64,000 nt of DNA, from the NCBI RefSeq assembly GCF_009914755.1, contig NC_060937.1; one strand, given 5' to 3'. The notes under the pieces were generated by a model. It ran no database searches. It was given only the letters and a program-made list of their open reading frames with translations, and was not told the origin of the DNA. This DNA comes from the human T2T-CHM13v2.0 reference genome, Homo sapiens. Positions 14,132 to 26,090 of this stretch are shown in pieces (within the stretch, counting starts at the first letter, position 1; every line of letters begins with the position of its first letter). The position numbers and the translations under genes are program-made.

Positions 14132-15410
14132 GAGGGCTAGGCTAAAACAGTAAGGTCAAGTTGTTTGGACAGAAAGGCTACAGGGTGTGGTCCTGGCTCT
14201 TGTGTAAGAATTCTGACCACGCTAACCATGCCTAGGAAGGACAGGAGTTGTTGTTTTGTAGAAGGTGCTGGGGTTTGAGAGATCAGTCGGACACAATTGG
14301 CAGGGAGAGCCCTTGTGTTTTTATGAGTGTTATGCCGAGATAGGTAACAGATGAGGAAGAAATTTGGGCTTGATTGAAGTAATGGGGGCTGTCTGTGAAG
14401 CTTTGCAGCAGTACAGCCTAGGTAATTTGCTGAGCTTGATGGGTGTCAGGGTCAGTCCAAGTGAAAGTGAAGAGAGGCTGGGATTAAAGGTGCAAAGGAA
14501 TAGTAAAGAAAGCAGGTTTGAGATCTAGAACAGAATAATGGGTTGTAGAGGCAGGTATTGAGGATAGGAGAGTATATGGGTTTGACACCACCGGGTGGAT
14601 AGGCAAAACAATTTGGTTGATAAGGCGCAGATCCTGAACTAACTTGTAAGGCTTGTCTGGTTTTAGGACAGGTAAAACGGTGGAATTGTAAGGAGAGTTT
14701 ATAGGCTTTAAAAGGCCATGCTGTAGCAGGCAAGTGATAACAGGCTTTAATCTTTTTAAAGCATGTTGCGGGATGGGATATTGGCGTTGAGTGGGGTAAG
14801 GGTGATTAGGTTTTTAATGAGATGGTAAGGGGTGCATGATCGGTCGCCAAGGAGGGAGTAGAGGTATCTTATACTTGTGGGTTAAAGTGGGGGGATACAA
14901 GAGGAGGACGCAAAGGAGGCTTTGGATTGGGAAGAAGGGTGGCAATGAGATATAGCTGTAGTCTAGGAATAGTCCGGGAAGCAGATAATTTAGTTAAAGT
15001 GTCTCAGCCTAATAAGGGAACTGGGCAGGTGGGGATAACTAAAAAGGAGTGCTTAAAAGAGTATTGTCTAAGTTAGCACCAGAGTTGGGGAGTTTTAAGA
15101 GGTTTAGAAGCCTGGCCGTCAATACCCACAACAGTTAGGAGGCAAGGGAAACAGGCCCTTGAAAAGAAGGTAATGCGGAGTGGGTAGCCTCCATATTGAT
15201 TAAGAAGGGGATGGGCTTACCTTCCACTGTGAGAGTTACCTGAAGCTCGGCGTCCGCCGTGATGGTCTAGGGGGCTTCCGAGGTGATCGGGCAGTGTCAG
15301 TCTTCAGCCGCTAAGCCAAGAAGATCTGGGAAGGAGTCAGTCAGAGAGCCTTGGGCCAGAGTTCCAGGGTCTCTGGGAGTGGCTGCCAGGTGAGTTGAAC
15401 AGTCCAATTT

Positions 15411-15647
15411 TCATTGGGGTCCCACACAGGTGGGACGCGGCTTAGGAGGAATCCCGGGCTGCGGGCATTCCTTGGCCCAGTGGCCAGATTTCCGGCACGT
15501 GTAGCAAGCTCCTGTGGGAGGAGGTTCTGGAGGAATGCCTGGCTGCTGCAGTTCAGGCGTTTGGAAGTTCTTGTGTGCTGGAGATGTGGCTGGGGTTTGT
15601 CTCACAGTGGAGGCAAGGAATTGCAACTTTTTTCTATTATTGTACAC
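15411..15647 (-). pseudogene. HERV-H gag nucleocapsid remnant
   Basis: CYTCRKSGHWAKEC is an intact CX2CX4HX4C zinc knuckle. The second knuckle is degenerate and ends in a stop. Confidence 0.9.
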
Positions 15648-17156
15648 CTTGAAGGTGAGGTTAATTAAATCCTGTTGTGGGGTTTGAGGGCCGGAATTTA
15701 ATTTTTGGAGTTTTATTTAATGTCGGGAGCAGATTGGGTAATAAAATGTATTTTGAGAATAAGACGGCCTTTTGACCTTTTAGGGTCTAGGGCTGTAAAG
15801 TGTCTCAGGGTTGCTGCCGAACAAGTCATGAACTGAACTGGATTTTTATATGTGATGAAAAAGAGCCTAAACGCTATCTGATTTGGGATAAAGAAAAAGG
15901 AGCGTTAACCTTGACTATGCCTTTAGCTCCAGCCACCTTTTTAAGAGTAAATTGCTGGGCAGGAGTGGGAGGGCTAGTCACGGAAGGAAACTGTAAGCCG
16001 GAGCAGGTGTGAGGAGGGGAGGTGATAAAAAGATTATAGGGTGGAGGAGCAGAGGCTGAGGAAGAATTGGGACCTAGCTCGGCCTGGCGAGGAGCAGCCT
16101 GGGGAGGAAGAGAGAGATCAGATGGGTCTGTAGAAAAGGAAGATTAGAAAGACTCAGCGACGCTTGGGGTTGGTACTGAGGGGACAGGCGGGAGGGAAAG
16201 AAGGAAGATTTGGGACGAGTTGCACTGGGCACAGAGACTAGGAAGGGACTGATGTGTAAAAGAATGCCTGGACGTCACGCACCCCAGACCATTTGCCTAT
16301 TTTACGACAAGAATTATTTAGATCTTGCAGGATGGAAAAATTCAAAGTGCCATTTTCTGGCTATTTGGAACTACTGTCGAGTTGGTATTGGGGTCAAGCG
16401 GCATTGCAGAAGAAAATAAGGCATTTACGTTTTAGGTCAGGTGTGAGTTGAAGAGGTTTTAAGTTTTTGAGAACACAGGCCAAGAGAGAAGAAGGAGGAA
16501 TGGAAGGTGGAAGCTTACCTATAGTGAAGGAGGCAAGCCCAGAGAAAAGAGTAGAGACACGGAGAAGGGGTGGGGGGTTCTTGCCCTCCAGAAAAGCAGA
16601 GAAGGGGTTGGGGCACGGAAATAAGGGATTGGGGCACAGAGGTAAGAGGTCAGGGTGCGGAAATAACGGATTGGGTTGCAGAAATAAGCGATTGGGGGGT
16701 TCTTGCCCCCTAGGAAAGTGGGACTTGCCGCTAAGGGTGAAGGAGAAGGGGTTGAGGGGTACTTGCCCCTGCCCCAGGAAAGCAGAGAAGGGGTAGAGAC
16801 AAGGAGAGAAGGAGTTTGGGTACTTGCCCCTTCCCCAGAAAAGCGGGACTTGCCGCTAAGGATGAAGGACCAAGGCAGGCGTCCCTGCGTGGTCTGACAC
16901 CTTTGAAACGTGGGTGAATTATCAGAGAGGCGTCCCTGCAAGGATTAAACACCAAGGGAAGTCTGCCTTCCCAGTCCGTGACCGGCACCGGAGTTTTGGG
17001 TCCACGGATAAAACGTGTCTCCTTTGTCTCTACCAGAAAATGAAAGGAATTAAAATTAAGAGAAGGGAGAGATTGAAGTGTGGCACCAAGATTGAAAGGA
17101 GAAAGAGGTTGAGGGATAGTGAGGAGGGAGGTTGGAGAAGAGAGTAAAAAGAGTCC

Positions 17157-17165
17157 GCTTACCAG
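17157..17165 (-). promoter_or_regulatory. HERV-H major splice donor
   Basis: Minus strand CTG|GTAAGC in the leader, about 130 nt downstream of the PBS. The intron would start at 17162. Confidence 0.7.
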
Positions 17166-17288
17166 ATTTGAAATTGGTGAGATGTTTCTTGGGCTGCTGG
17201 GTCTGAGGACCTGAGGTCATGGGTGGATCTTTCTCACAGAGCAAAAAGGAGGAGGACGGGGGATTGATCTCCCAAGGGAGGTCCCCCC

Positions 17289-17306
17289 ATCCGAGTCACG
17301 GCACCA
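17289..17306 (-). other. Primer-binding site, tRNA-His
   Basis: Minus strand TGGTGCCGTGACTCGGAT is the 18-nt complement of the tRNA-His(GUG) 3' end (ATCCGAGTCACGGCA-CCA) and lies next to the 5' LTR. Confidence 0.96.
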
Positions 17307-17308
17307 AA

Positions 17309-17740
17309 TTTCATGCACATCAGTGTGAAGAGACCACCAAACAGGCTTTGTGTGAGCAATAAAGCTGTTTATTTCACCTGGGTGCAGGTGGGCCGAGTCT
17401 GAAAAGAGTCAGCAAAGGGAGATAGGGGTGGGGCCGTTTTATAGGATTTGGGAAGGTAATGGAAAATCACAGTCAAAGGGGGTTGTTCTCTGGTGGGCAG
17501 AGGTGGGGGTCACAAGGTGCTCAGTGGGGGAGTTTCTGAGCCAGGAGAAGGAAATTCGCAGGGTTAATCATTCAGTTAAGGTGGGGCAGGAACAAATCAC
17601 AATGGTGGAATGTCATCAGTTAAGGCGGGGCAGGGCATATTCGCTTCTTTTGTGATTCTTCAGTTACTTCAGGCCATCTGGGCGTATACGTGCAAGTCAC
17701 AGGGGATGCGATGGCTTGGCTTGGGCTCAGAGGCCTGACA
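17309..17740 (-). promoter_or_regulatory. HERV-H 5' LTR (LTR7), candidate promoter firing leftwards
   Basis: TATAAAA on minus at 17437-17443, GC/GT boxes, and SOX-like ACAAAAGA and CATTGT motifs. About 13 substitutions plus one 2-bp indel versus the 3' LTR (hand count). Confidence 0.95.
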
Positions 17741-18536
17741 CTAGCCAAGTGCAGTGTTTTAGGTTTTTTAAAAAGTATTTTATTATTTGCATACCATCAC
17801 AGTGACATTCTAATAGCTAAACAGCTCAGTTTTTTATATGACAGTTCCTCTCAAAACAGTGAATTTACATGGTTGATGTTGAAATTGATATACACACAAA
17901 AAAGATCTCTATCTTACTGACATATTGCATTCTATCTTTAAGAATTTTGTTTAAACTAAGGTATAAGGCAAAAAAAAGTTATAAAATCTAAATCTTAGCG
18001 TCTTACCTGATTTTTATTTAACATTCTTTCCTTGTGAAATGATGGCAGGGACGTGACTATGTTTAAACTTGAGCTACAGTACCTGAAATTCTTCAAATTG
18101 TGATAGAAGTCTTAAGATAGAAGAGAAGGATAATCATGTTGCCTTTCCTGTTTCCACAGAGTGCAGAACTCCTTCTATTATGAGTCTTAAAGGGAGTTGT
18201 AACAGCCTAATCGTTGTGCCTGAGTGTTAAATTGCATAACAACTAAAGGTAAGTTGAGCGATAATTGGCAAAATTGAAATGTAAATAATCAAAGATGTCA
18301 CTCTAGGTAACCCTTCTTGGAAAACTCTCAAAAGACTGAAGTATATAGAAAAATGTCTTAAGTATGTCATTTCCTTTTCTTTACATTTTCTCTCTGATGT
18401 ACTTTTTAGTGTCCTAGCAATAAGACTTCCCAAATGAGTTTGTGAGACCAAATAAAACTCTACACGGATGTTAGGAAGAAAGCAGGATATTAGCACTCTC
18501 TAATTCATATTCCCACCTGCTTCCTTGCTTGTTATC

Positions 18537-18970
18537 TTTCATGAACGTCCATGTGAAGAGACCACCAAACAGGCTTTGTGTGAGCAACATGGCTGTTTAT
18601 TTCACCTGGGTGCAGGTGGGCTGAGTCCGAAAAGAGAGTCAGTGAAGGGAGATAGGGGTGGGGCCGTTTTATAGGATTTGGGAAGGTAATGGAAAATTAC
18701 AGTCAAAGGGGGTTGTTCTCTGGTGGGCAGAGGTGGGGGTCACAAGGTGCTCAGTGGGGGAGTTTCTGAGCCAGGAGAAGGAAATTCGCAGGGTTAATCA
18801 TTCAGTTAAGGTGGGGCAGGAACAAATCACAATGGTGGAATGTCATCAGTTAAGGCGGGGCAGGGCATATTCACTTCTTTTGTGATTCTTCAGTTACTTC
18901 AGGCCATCTCGGCGTATACGTGCAAGTCACAGGGGATGCGATGGCTTGGCTTGGGCTCAGAGGCCTGACA
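18537..18970 (-). mobile_element. Solo LTR7 (independent HERV-H insertion)
   Basis: Complete 434-bp LTR7 with no PBS or PPT flank. Own TSD ttatc (18532-18536) / ttatt (18971-18975). Confidence 0.96.
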
Positions 18971-19929
18971 TTATTTAACATTGTATGAATGCCTTGCCAG
19001 CTAAGAAGGTATGGGCAAAGCTGTACCCCAAGGGCCATTGATCCTACTTAGAACAACGTGAAAATGTCTCTCTAACCTACTACTGTAAGAATGGGTTATC
19101 TGGTAACAATGCCTGCTCAGGCACCACTTGTGCAACTAGAATCAATACCACTGTCATACACAATTGTGATAAGTTGTTTCCTAAGCACCCTCACTGTGTT
19201 CATGTGGTTGGTTGTGTCTACTTGGGTTCATATGTTTCTATTTCAACAACACTTGAGTGGTGTTCTTTCATTGGATCTTTGAAAATTAGCTGTTTAAGTG
19301 AGACTAACCAAACCATTTACTAGAAAGTTAAACAATGTATTCTACATGTTGGTAATTTCAATATATACAGCAATCCTTATTTTTACTTAACCATTATTTC
19401 CAATAGGACTCCAAATCTTGTGTGGTTAGAGTCAATATTTCAATACTAACACTGGTTATCTGTTTTGTGTCATTCTATTCTCTTGTTCTCACCGGTTATC
19501 TTCTAATGAAATAAAAAGAACTTCAGAAGTGGACTGCCTGCAGGGCTTTATTTGACACCTTCTGCATTCACTAAATCCAAAGTATATTGTCTACCAACCA
19601 AGAATGTTTTCCCTGCAACTGAGGCAAGCACTGATGTTAATGTTCCTCTGTTAATTTTTCCTTTAATGACTAGTAAATCCCTCTTCCCCACTTTTTGAGT
19701 TTACATGTTCCTACTCTGTTGTTCTATGCATTGAAGCTACAATCTAATGATCTCTTTTATCCTTCTAAGCTTGCTAAGCAACCAGGTGACTTACACTCTC
19801 TTGTCTGATGTCCAATAGTCCCTCTCATCTCTCCTGATCCCAGAGTGTCAATGATCCTTCTGCTTTCTGCTCTGAGTACATCATGAATAGACACTTGTCC
19901 TGCTGTCATCATTTTGAGTGTGAATTAGA

Positions 19930-20175
19930 ATAATAACTATAATTTTTTTAGTGTGTCCTATATACCAGATACTCATATAAGTACTTGGCACATATTATCT
20001 AATGTAATGCTTAAAATTTTTTTTAAAAATGTGTAAAAGGCACTAATATTAGCCTCCTTGAAGGTAAGAAAACAAGATCAGAGAAAATATTTATATTAAG
20101 TGCAGTTACAGAGTTAATAAATGACTCAAGGCTATCTGACATTAGAACCTACGCTCTTGTCCATTAATTTCAACT
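19930..20175 (-). mobile_element. MIR SINE (degraded)
   Basis: aataataact...taccagatact...acatattatct...aagaaaacaagatcagaga...ctatctgacattagaacctacgctctt resembles the MIR reverse strand. Confidence 0.6.
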
Positions 20176-20659
20176 GTGTGAGAAATAGTTTTTAGACAAA
20201 GTGAGACTTAGAGAATATATTCCTTTCTCTGACTATATTCCAATCTCTTTCAAAACTTGCCAACCGATTCCATATCTGAAGAAATAAAGTCTTCTTAAGC
20301 AGTGAAATGTGGCCCTCATACAAATTATTAATATGGAGGGAGGTGAAGATTATCTTTTAACATTTTTATCTCTTTGTTAGCTTCCCATCAATCAAGTTAT
20401 AATGCATTTATAGTTTTTTTTCCAACCAGATAAACCAATATAAGTGCTTTCTTCATAATTGAGGTTGTAAAAGATCAATACCCAACATCCTTTCAAAGTT
20501 TGGACTGCTTAACAGAGACAAAAATTTACATAGTAGGAAGTTAAGGTACCAGCTTTCCTACTGATCAGAGTTACTGTAGAATTTGATTTAGGTGTGTAAA
20601 TTAGTCTGAGGCACACATTCAGTCTTAGGCAACCCTCTCTGTGATGGCATGCCTCAAAG

Positions 20660-20870
20660 CAGTGGTTTGAATTAGGGGCAACCTTCAACCCTGAGGGACA
20701 CTTGGCAACATCTTGAAATATTTCAATGGTCTTAAGTGAGAAAGTGCTATTGGCATCTGGTAGATTCAAGCCAGGGATGATGCCAAAGATTTGACAAAAC
20801 ACAGAACAGGCCATACAACAGAGAATTATCTGGTCCAAAATGTCAATGGTGCCATGGTTGACAAAACCTG
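20660..20870 (+). mobile_element. MER20 (hAT-Charlie DNA transposon fossil)
   Basis: cagtggttt...gagggacacttggcaac...gtgctattggcatctggtag...gccagggatg...gaattatctggtccaaaatgtcaatggtgcc...aacctg follows the MER20 consensus end to end. Confidence 0.88.
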
Positions 20871-20976
20871 AGATAAGCTTAGGGAAGGATCCAGCACAGA
20901 GCAGAATGTATTCTCTCTGTAAAGAAGCCAATCCCAAAGAGAAAGAAGTTGAGTAATGCTGCGTATATTTACTCAC

Positions 20977-21021
20977 TTTCTCTTTCCAAATTTCTTAGTT
21001 TGATAATTCACTCGACTTGCC
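20977..21021 (-). other. Candidate 45-nt exon (unverified)
   Basis: Minus strand ttttttgcttcctccctcattccttaccag|GGCAAG...GAGAAA|gtgagt has a strong polypyrimidine acceptor and a GTGAGT donor. One frame is open (ASRVNYQTKKFGKR). Confidence 0.35.
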
Positions 21022-21975
21022 CTGGTAAGGAATGAGGGAGGAAGCAAAAAAGACCAAGCTTGTGTTACACTAATTACTGTCCCTCAACAGAAAAACGTGA
21101 GGTGAGGGGTAAGAAAGTCCCCCCATTCTCACATCTATATCCAATACATGTAGTTTGTTTCCATTTTTCTAAATGGATTTTCATGGTATAGGACAATGAT
21201 AATTTGAGGGTAGGTTGACTTTGCATTATAAATTTGTTAAATTCATGTCCAGAAGCATAAAAACCTTTTTATTAAAATTTACATCTATTACACAGGAAGG
21301 AAGTGACCAATTACAATGGGTTGTTTTATCTATGCTATCTTTTAAAACTCTACTTGAACGCTCACATTCACTTTTCTTAAAGAAAAATGGAAGAAAAACT
21401 AATATAGTTGGCAAGAGAGTTATTTGCTTTATTGATTAAACAATTCAAATGGGGTTTGACTAGTTACTACAATGTCCCAGACATACTTCATTAACCCTAC
21501 TGTTAAAATTAAAAAGGGGAGAAAGGCAGCAAAGGACAGATAGGTAGAGCCATTTGAATCACCACAAAAAGTAAGTTCAAGTTGCTGGAGCAAAACTAAA
21601 GATGGATTAAAAAAAATTCACCTAACTGTATTCTTTTTTCTATTTTTGACTTTTATTTCCACTTTCATATTGTGAAAGAGGTCAGCATTCCCTTTCTTAC
21701 CTTCCCTCTTTGAGCCTGAGGCAGAGGTAATACCCAGGAGGTTTTAGTCTGCAGTCAGGTGCCAGGCAGGTTTCCAGTCTCTATTGTTGTGATGTCTATA
21801 TCAAATAATCTAAGACATTAGCAAGGACTATTAAACATCCAAGTGGAAACTGGCCGTTCTGACACCACTAGGCCTTCCACACAGAAACACCGTCTATTCT
21901 TAAACAAGAATAACAACATACTCCTCATTTGAAAGCCATAACAAAAAGGCCAACTCTCGAAGAAGAGGAAATGTT

Positions 21976-22527
<552 letters not shown>

Positions 22528-23499
22528 TCACTATGGGATAATGACTTCTGATTAAAGAACAATCATAGTAATTGATATTTCTGGAATTTAATAGATGCTA
22601 AATGTAAGATAACTATTAATATCATGGCAGTATTTTAATATTTCAAAAATCTTCTTTGCTTATCTTATAAGCCTTAACTACATCTAAATATTTTTCTTCA
22701 AATACTTTTCTAACTATTTACAAATTATCTTTTATGAAAGTCATGAATGACTTTCAGAATACTTCTTGAATAACAAAAAAATGAAATAGTCACTGATTAG
22801 GGAATAGGAAATAGAAGGAGAAATAGATTTTTAGCAAAAGATTAGTTCAGTTTAGAAATGTTGATTTTGAGGTACATTTTGCAAAAATTTTTTTTGAGAA
22901 TTTGGGGGACTCTCTCTTCCTATCAAGACAGACTTTTTTCAAAAGTGAACCTCATTATATAAAGTTTTAGAGGAGTCATTCCTTCTTTCCTTCTAGCAAA
23001 AGAGCAGACACATGAATGAGGTGTCACTAGCCAGGGTACAACATCTCTCTGGCCACAGCGATTTGTTTGAGGATAGCATGTGATGCAGCAAGGTCGGTAT
23101 AAGCTCTCCTTGTAATTTTTGTTGGTACTATTTGAAAACAGTGAATGATTTGAGAATGAATGACAATGTAGGTCTCTACTGGCTGAAAATTATCTTTGCC
23201 ACCATCTTGTGAAAGCCTGTCACTGACATTTTCACAAAGCAAAGATTATTTTAGGAGAGAAAGACTGACTCATCACTTGAATGCCTGCACCAAGATATGC
23301 ACCAAAGTAGATTTTCAATTATGAGAGCAAGTAAACTTCCTTTTTAAAAATGTTAATTTGAATTGTATACCTGTAATTTGCAATTATAAAAGATAAGATG
23401 TTGGCAGAGCACAAAAGTGGCACTTTTCCCATCTCCCACTTTCCCAGACTCTACTGAAGAGGGAGTTGTACCCGCATTGCCTGTATACTGCAGTACAAA

Positions 23500-25130
23500 T
23501 TTTCAACTATTGCTCTGCTGCCACTTCCCACTGAAACTTTAGCTCTCTCGCTTCCTACTTAGTTATCACCTCTTAATTGAAGTCTTGCCATATCATTTTG
23601 CATCTTTTCCAAATGATCAATACAATTCCTCCACTTTCCTTGATGTTAATGACTTCAACACCTGGCTCACTTGTTTCTTATCTTCATGCTTAATAATTTA
23701 TAGCTTCTTTAATAACAGCATCAATGATTCATTGACTAATCCATTCACCATTATCACTCAATTTCATCCTTCCTAATAAACTGACTTTCAACGTTGCATC
23801 ACTTCACCTCTCCATTAAAATCACCACATTCATCTTGATCATTCCATTGCATAGTTCAAAAACAAAAATATAAAGAGGACTTTCACTTTTATAATGACTT
23901 CCGAAAATAATATTATACTTCATGTGTTTCTTTCAATTCTTACCATGAATTTCTTTTTGACAACTCTCTTCATATGGTATTTGACTTCTTCAACTTCAAA
24001 TTTCTTATTCAAATGTTTCAATAGTATTATTATCACAAAAACCACACTATCCCTCTTGAATTTTATGATATCATTCATGTACTCTTTCCTATATTCTTGT
24101 TGTAGCTGCACTGTCCTGGGAAATGGAACAAAATCCATCCTATTGACTTCACAAGCTTTATTCCTCACCCCTTGCATCCCATATCTCTTTAAATTTTGGT
24201 GGGTTTGCCTCCAAATTCGTTCATTTTATTATCATCGTGTGCATTATTTCCACCCTAGACTGGCTACTTCATTTCTTGTTGGGGCTCCTCGTCTCTTTCT
24301 TATTTATTTATTTAGGCTTTACTATATTCTGCTCCACACACTTCAGTCACTTTTAAAATAAAATATTATTATATCTCCTGTTTAAACCTATCAATTGCTT
24401 TTCAATGTTAGGAAGGAAGGAAGGAAGCAAGCAAGCAAGGAAGGAAGGGAGGGAGGGAGGGAGAAGGGAAGGTAAGGGAAGGGAAGGGGAGGTGACGGGA
24501 AGGGAGGGGGAGGGAAGGCAGGGAAGGGGAGGGGAAGGGAGGCTAAGGGGAGGGGAGGGGAGAGGAGGGGAGGGAAGAGAGTCTAAACTTTACCTTGGTC
24601 CAGGAAGGAAGGAAGGAAAGAAGGAGGGAAGGAAAGAAGGAAGGAAGGAAAGAAGGAAGGAAGGGAGAAAGGCAAATCTTTACCTTGGCCCAGAAGAGGC
24701 CCAATGGTTTGACCCCTGCCTGACCATCTCTTCCCTATGATGTCATACCACACACTACTTTGCTCTTTAAGATTCAGCCAAGCTATACTTTTCATTCTTT
24801 GATTATGTCATGCTTCTCAACCACTGGTCTTTGCATATTTTTGTTCTTCTATTTAGAATTCCCTCCTCTCTGCATACTTTCACCTAGCTAACACCAGATA
24901 AGCATTTACATTTTTCTTAAACTTATATTCTTGGCGAGAACTCACCTAATGTCCCAGTTTAGGTCAGATGCTTTCTTAATTGGACCTCTAGGGTTATATT
25001 GCTTCTTTCTCTTTGCTTATCTCAGTTTGTAATATTGCAAACACTGGATCAGTGATCATTTAATATCTATTTCTCCCACTTGATGGAAGCCCTTGAAAAC
25101 ATAATTGCTAAATGGATCAATCAGTAAATG
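23500..25130 (+). mobile_element. L2 LINE fragments (degraded), interrupted by a GA-rich repeat
   Basis: Pyrimidine-rich L2-like motifs (gacttcaacacctggctcac; ctgctccacaca; tctatttctcccacttgatggaagccc). Boundaries approximate. Confidence 0.6.
24410..24672. repeat. Polypurine (GGAA)n/(GGGAA)n/(GGGGA)n microsatellite
   Basis: Directly visible. Split by one copy of aaactttaccttggtcc. Confidence 0.95.
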
Positions 25131-25479
25131 AAAAATTATTGAGAAAATTCTATGTTCCAGATACTGTGCTACATATTAGATGCAAAAATACTACATGAAA
25201 GTCATGGACACATAAACACATCATACGAGTGTGAACATATCATAAAAACATAGTTCAGGGTCAGCCCAGCAATGAAAAGTATACAAAAGAGCACCTCCTA
25301 ATACCATCTGGGATGAATTTAATGAGGACAAGACTGCAGATGGGGATATCACTTAGGAAGTGGAAGTGGAAAGGATTTGCAGTCCCCAGTAGTTATATAT
25401 TTCCATTGTTCTCTTCCTGGGGTGAAATGCTTTAATGAGAAAAGACAAAAAGGCAATTCAGTGATGCTCCACAATCAAT

Positions 25480-26090
25480 CATTGTTGAATTTATTCCATA
25501 GATTTTCATTGACTGCCTACTACGTGTCAGACATTGTGCAAACATGGGAATGTACAAATAATGAATCTGCCTTTGTATTTCAATATTTCCCATTCAGTTT
25601 GGCAGAGAGGCTTTTATGATACAATACAATATAATATTTAAGAGACAGTGCCAGATAATATGGGAGTAGCATGGAGGGCCCGCTAAGCAGTCTGATGAAT
25701 CTGGAAAAGTTTTCCTCATTAGTGAAACCTTACATGAATCTGAAAATATCAATAAGATTGAGCAAGCTGGAGACAAGCAATCCAGTCAGAAGAATAATAA
25801 AAATAAATAAATTTCACTAACTAAAACTCATATTGTTTGGTTTTATGATGTAGGACAATTTAAGAACTTTTTAAAGATGAGTCTGTAAATGTGGGCAGCA
25901 GCAAATCACACTCTTAGGAGCCACCAAAGAAGTTTGGATTTTGCCAGGAAAGCAGTAGAAAGGATTTTAATTTGAAAAGTAACATAAGATTCATTTTCAG
26001 GAAACATAATATTGGAAATGCTGAAGAGAGTGTATTGGAAGACCAAGAGAATCAGGAGTGGGTTAATTGCATTAATCATGAAGAATTCCA
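25480..26090 (-). mobile_element. L2 LINE fragment
   Basis: cattgactgcctactacgtgtcagacattgtgc and downstream purine-rich antisense-L2 motifs. Boundaries approximate. Confidence 0.6.

Larger units (their letters stand above)
12034..17740 (-). mobile_element. HERV-H provirus, ~5.7 kb env-deleted type
   Basis: Two ~433-bp LTR7 direct repeats, a tRNA-His PBS, a polypurine tract, and gag zinc-knuckle and integrase remnants. 5-bp TSD ttagc (12029-12033) / ctagc (17741-17745). Confidence 0.97.

Noticed and set aside
16467-17147. Cluster of overlapping ORFs and short tandem repeats
   Set aside because: Ordinary C-rich HERV-H leader repeats, with few stops because of composition.
17289-17306. tRNA-His 3'-end match as a tRNA gene
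   Set aside because: Only 18 nt including CCA. It is the retroviral PBS.
12155-18885. Three near-identical 75-aa ORFs (MGPFYRIWEG...)
   Set aside because: Antisense translations of the three LTR7 copies with GTG starts, not a gene family.
23027-23242. 71-aa ORF with a possible internal acceptor
   Set aside because: TTG start, weak acceptor, no donor, and no recognisable protein in any frame.
23894-24361. 155-aa hydrophobic ORF
   Set aside because: Lies in T-rich decayed L2-like DNA. The F/L/S/I bias follows base composition, and no domain is recognisable.
24405-24795. G/R/E/K-rich and P/S/F-rich ORFs
   Set aside because: Translations of the purine microsatellite.
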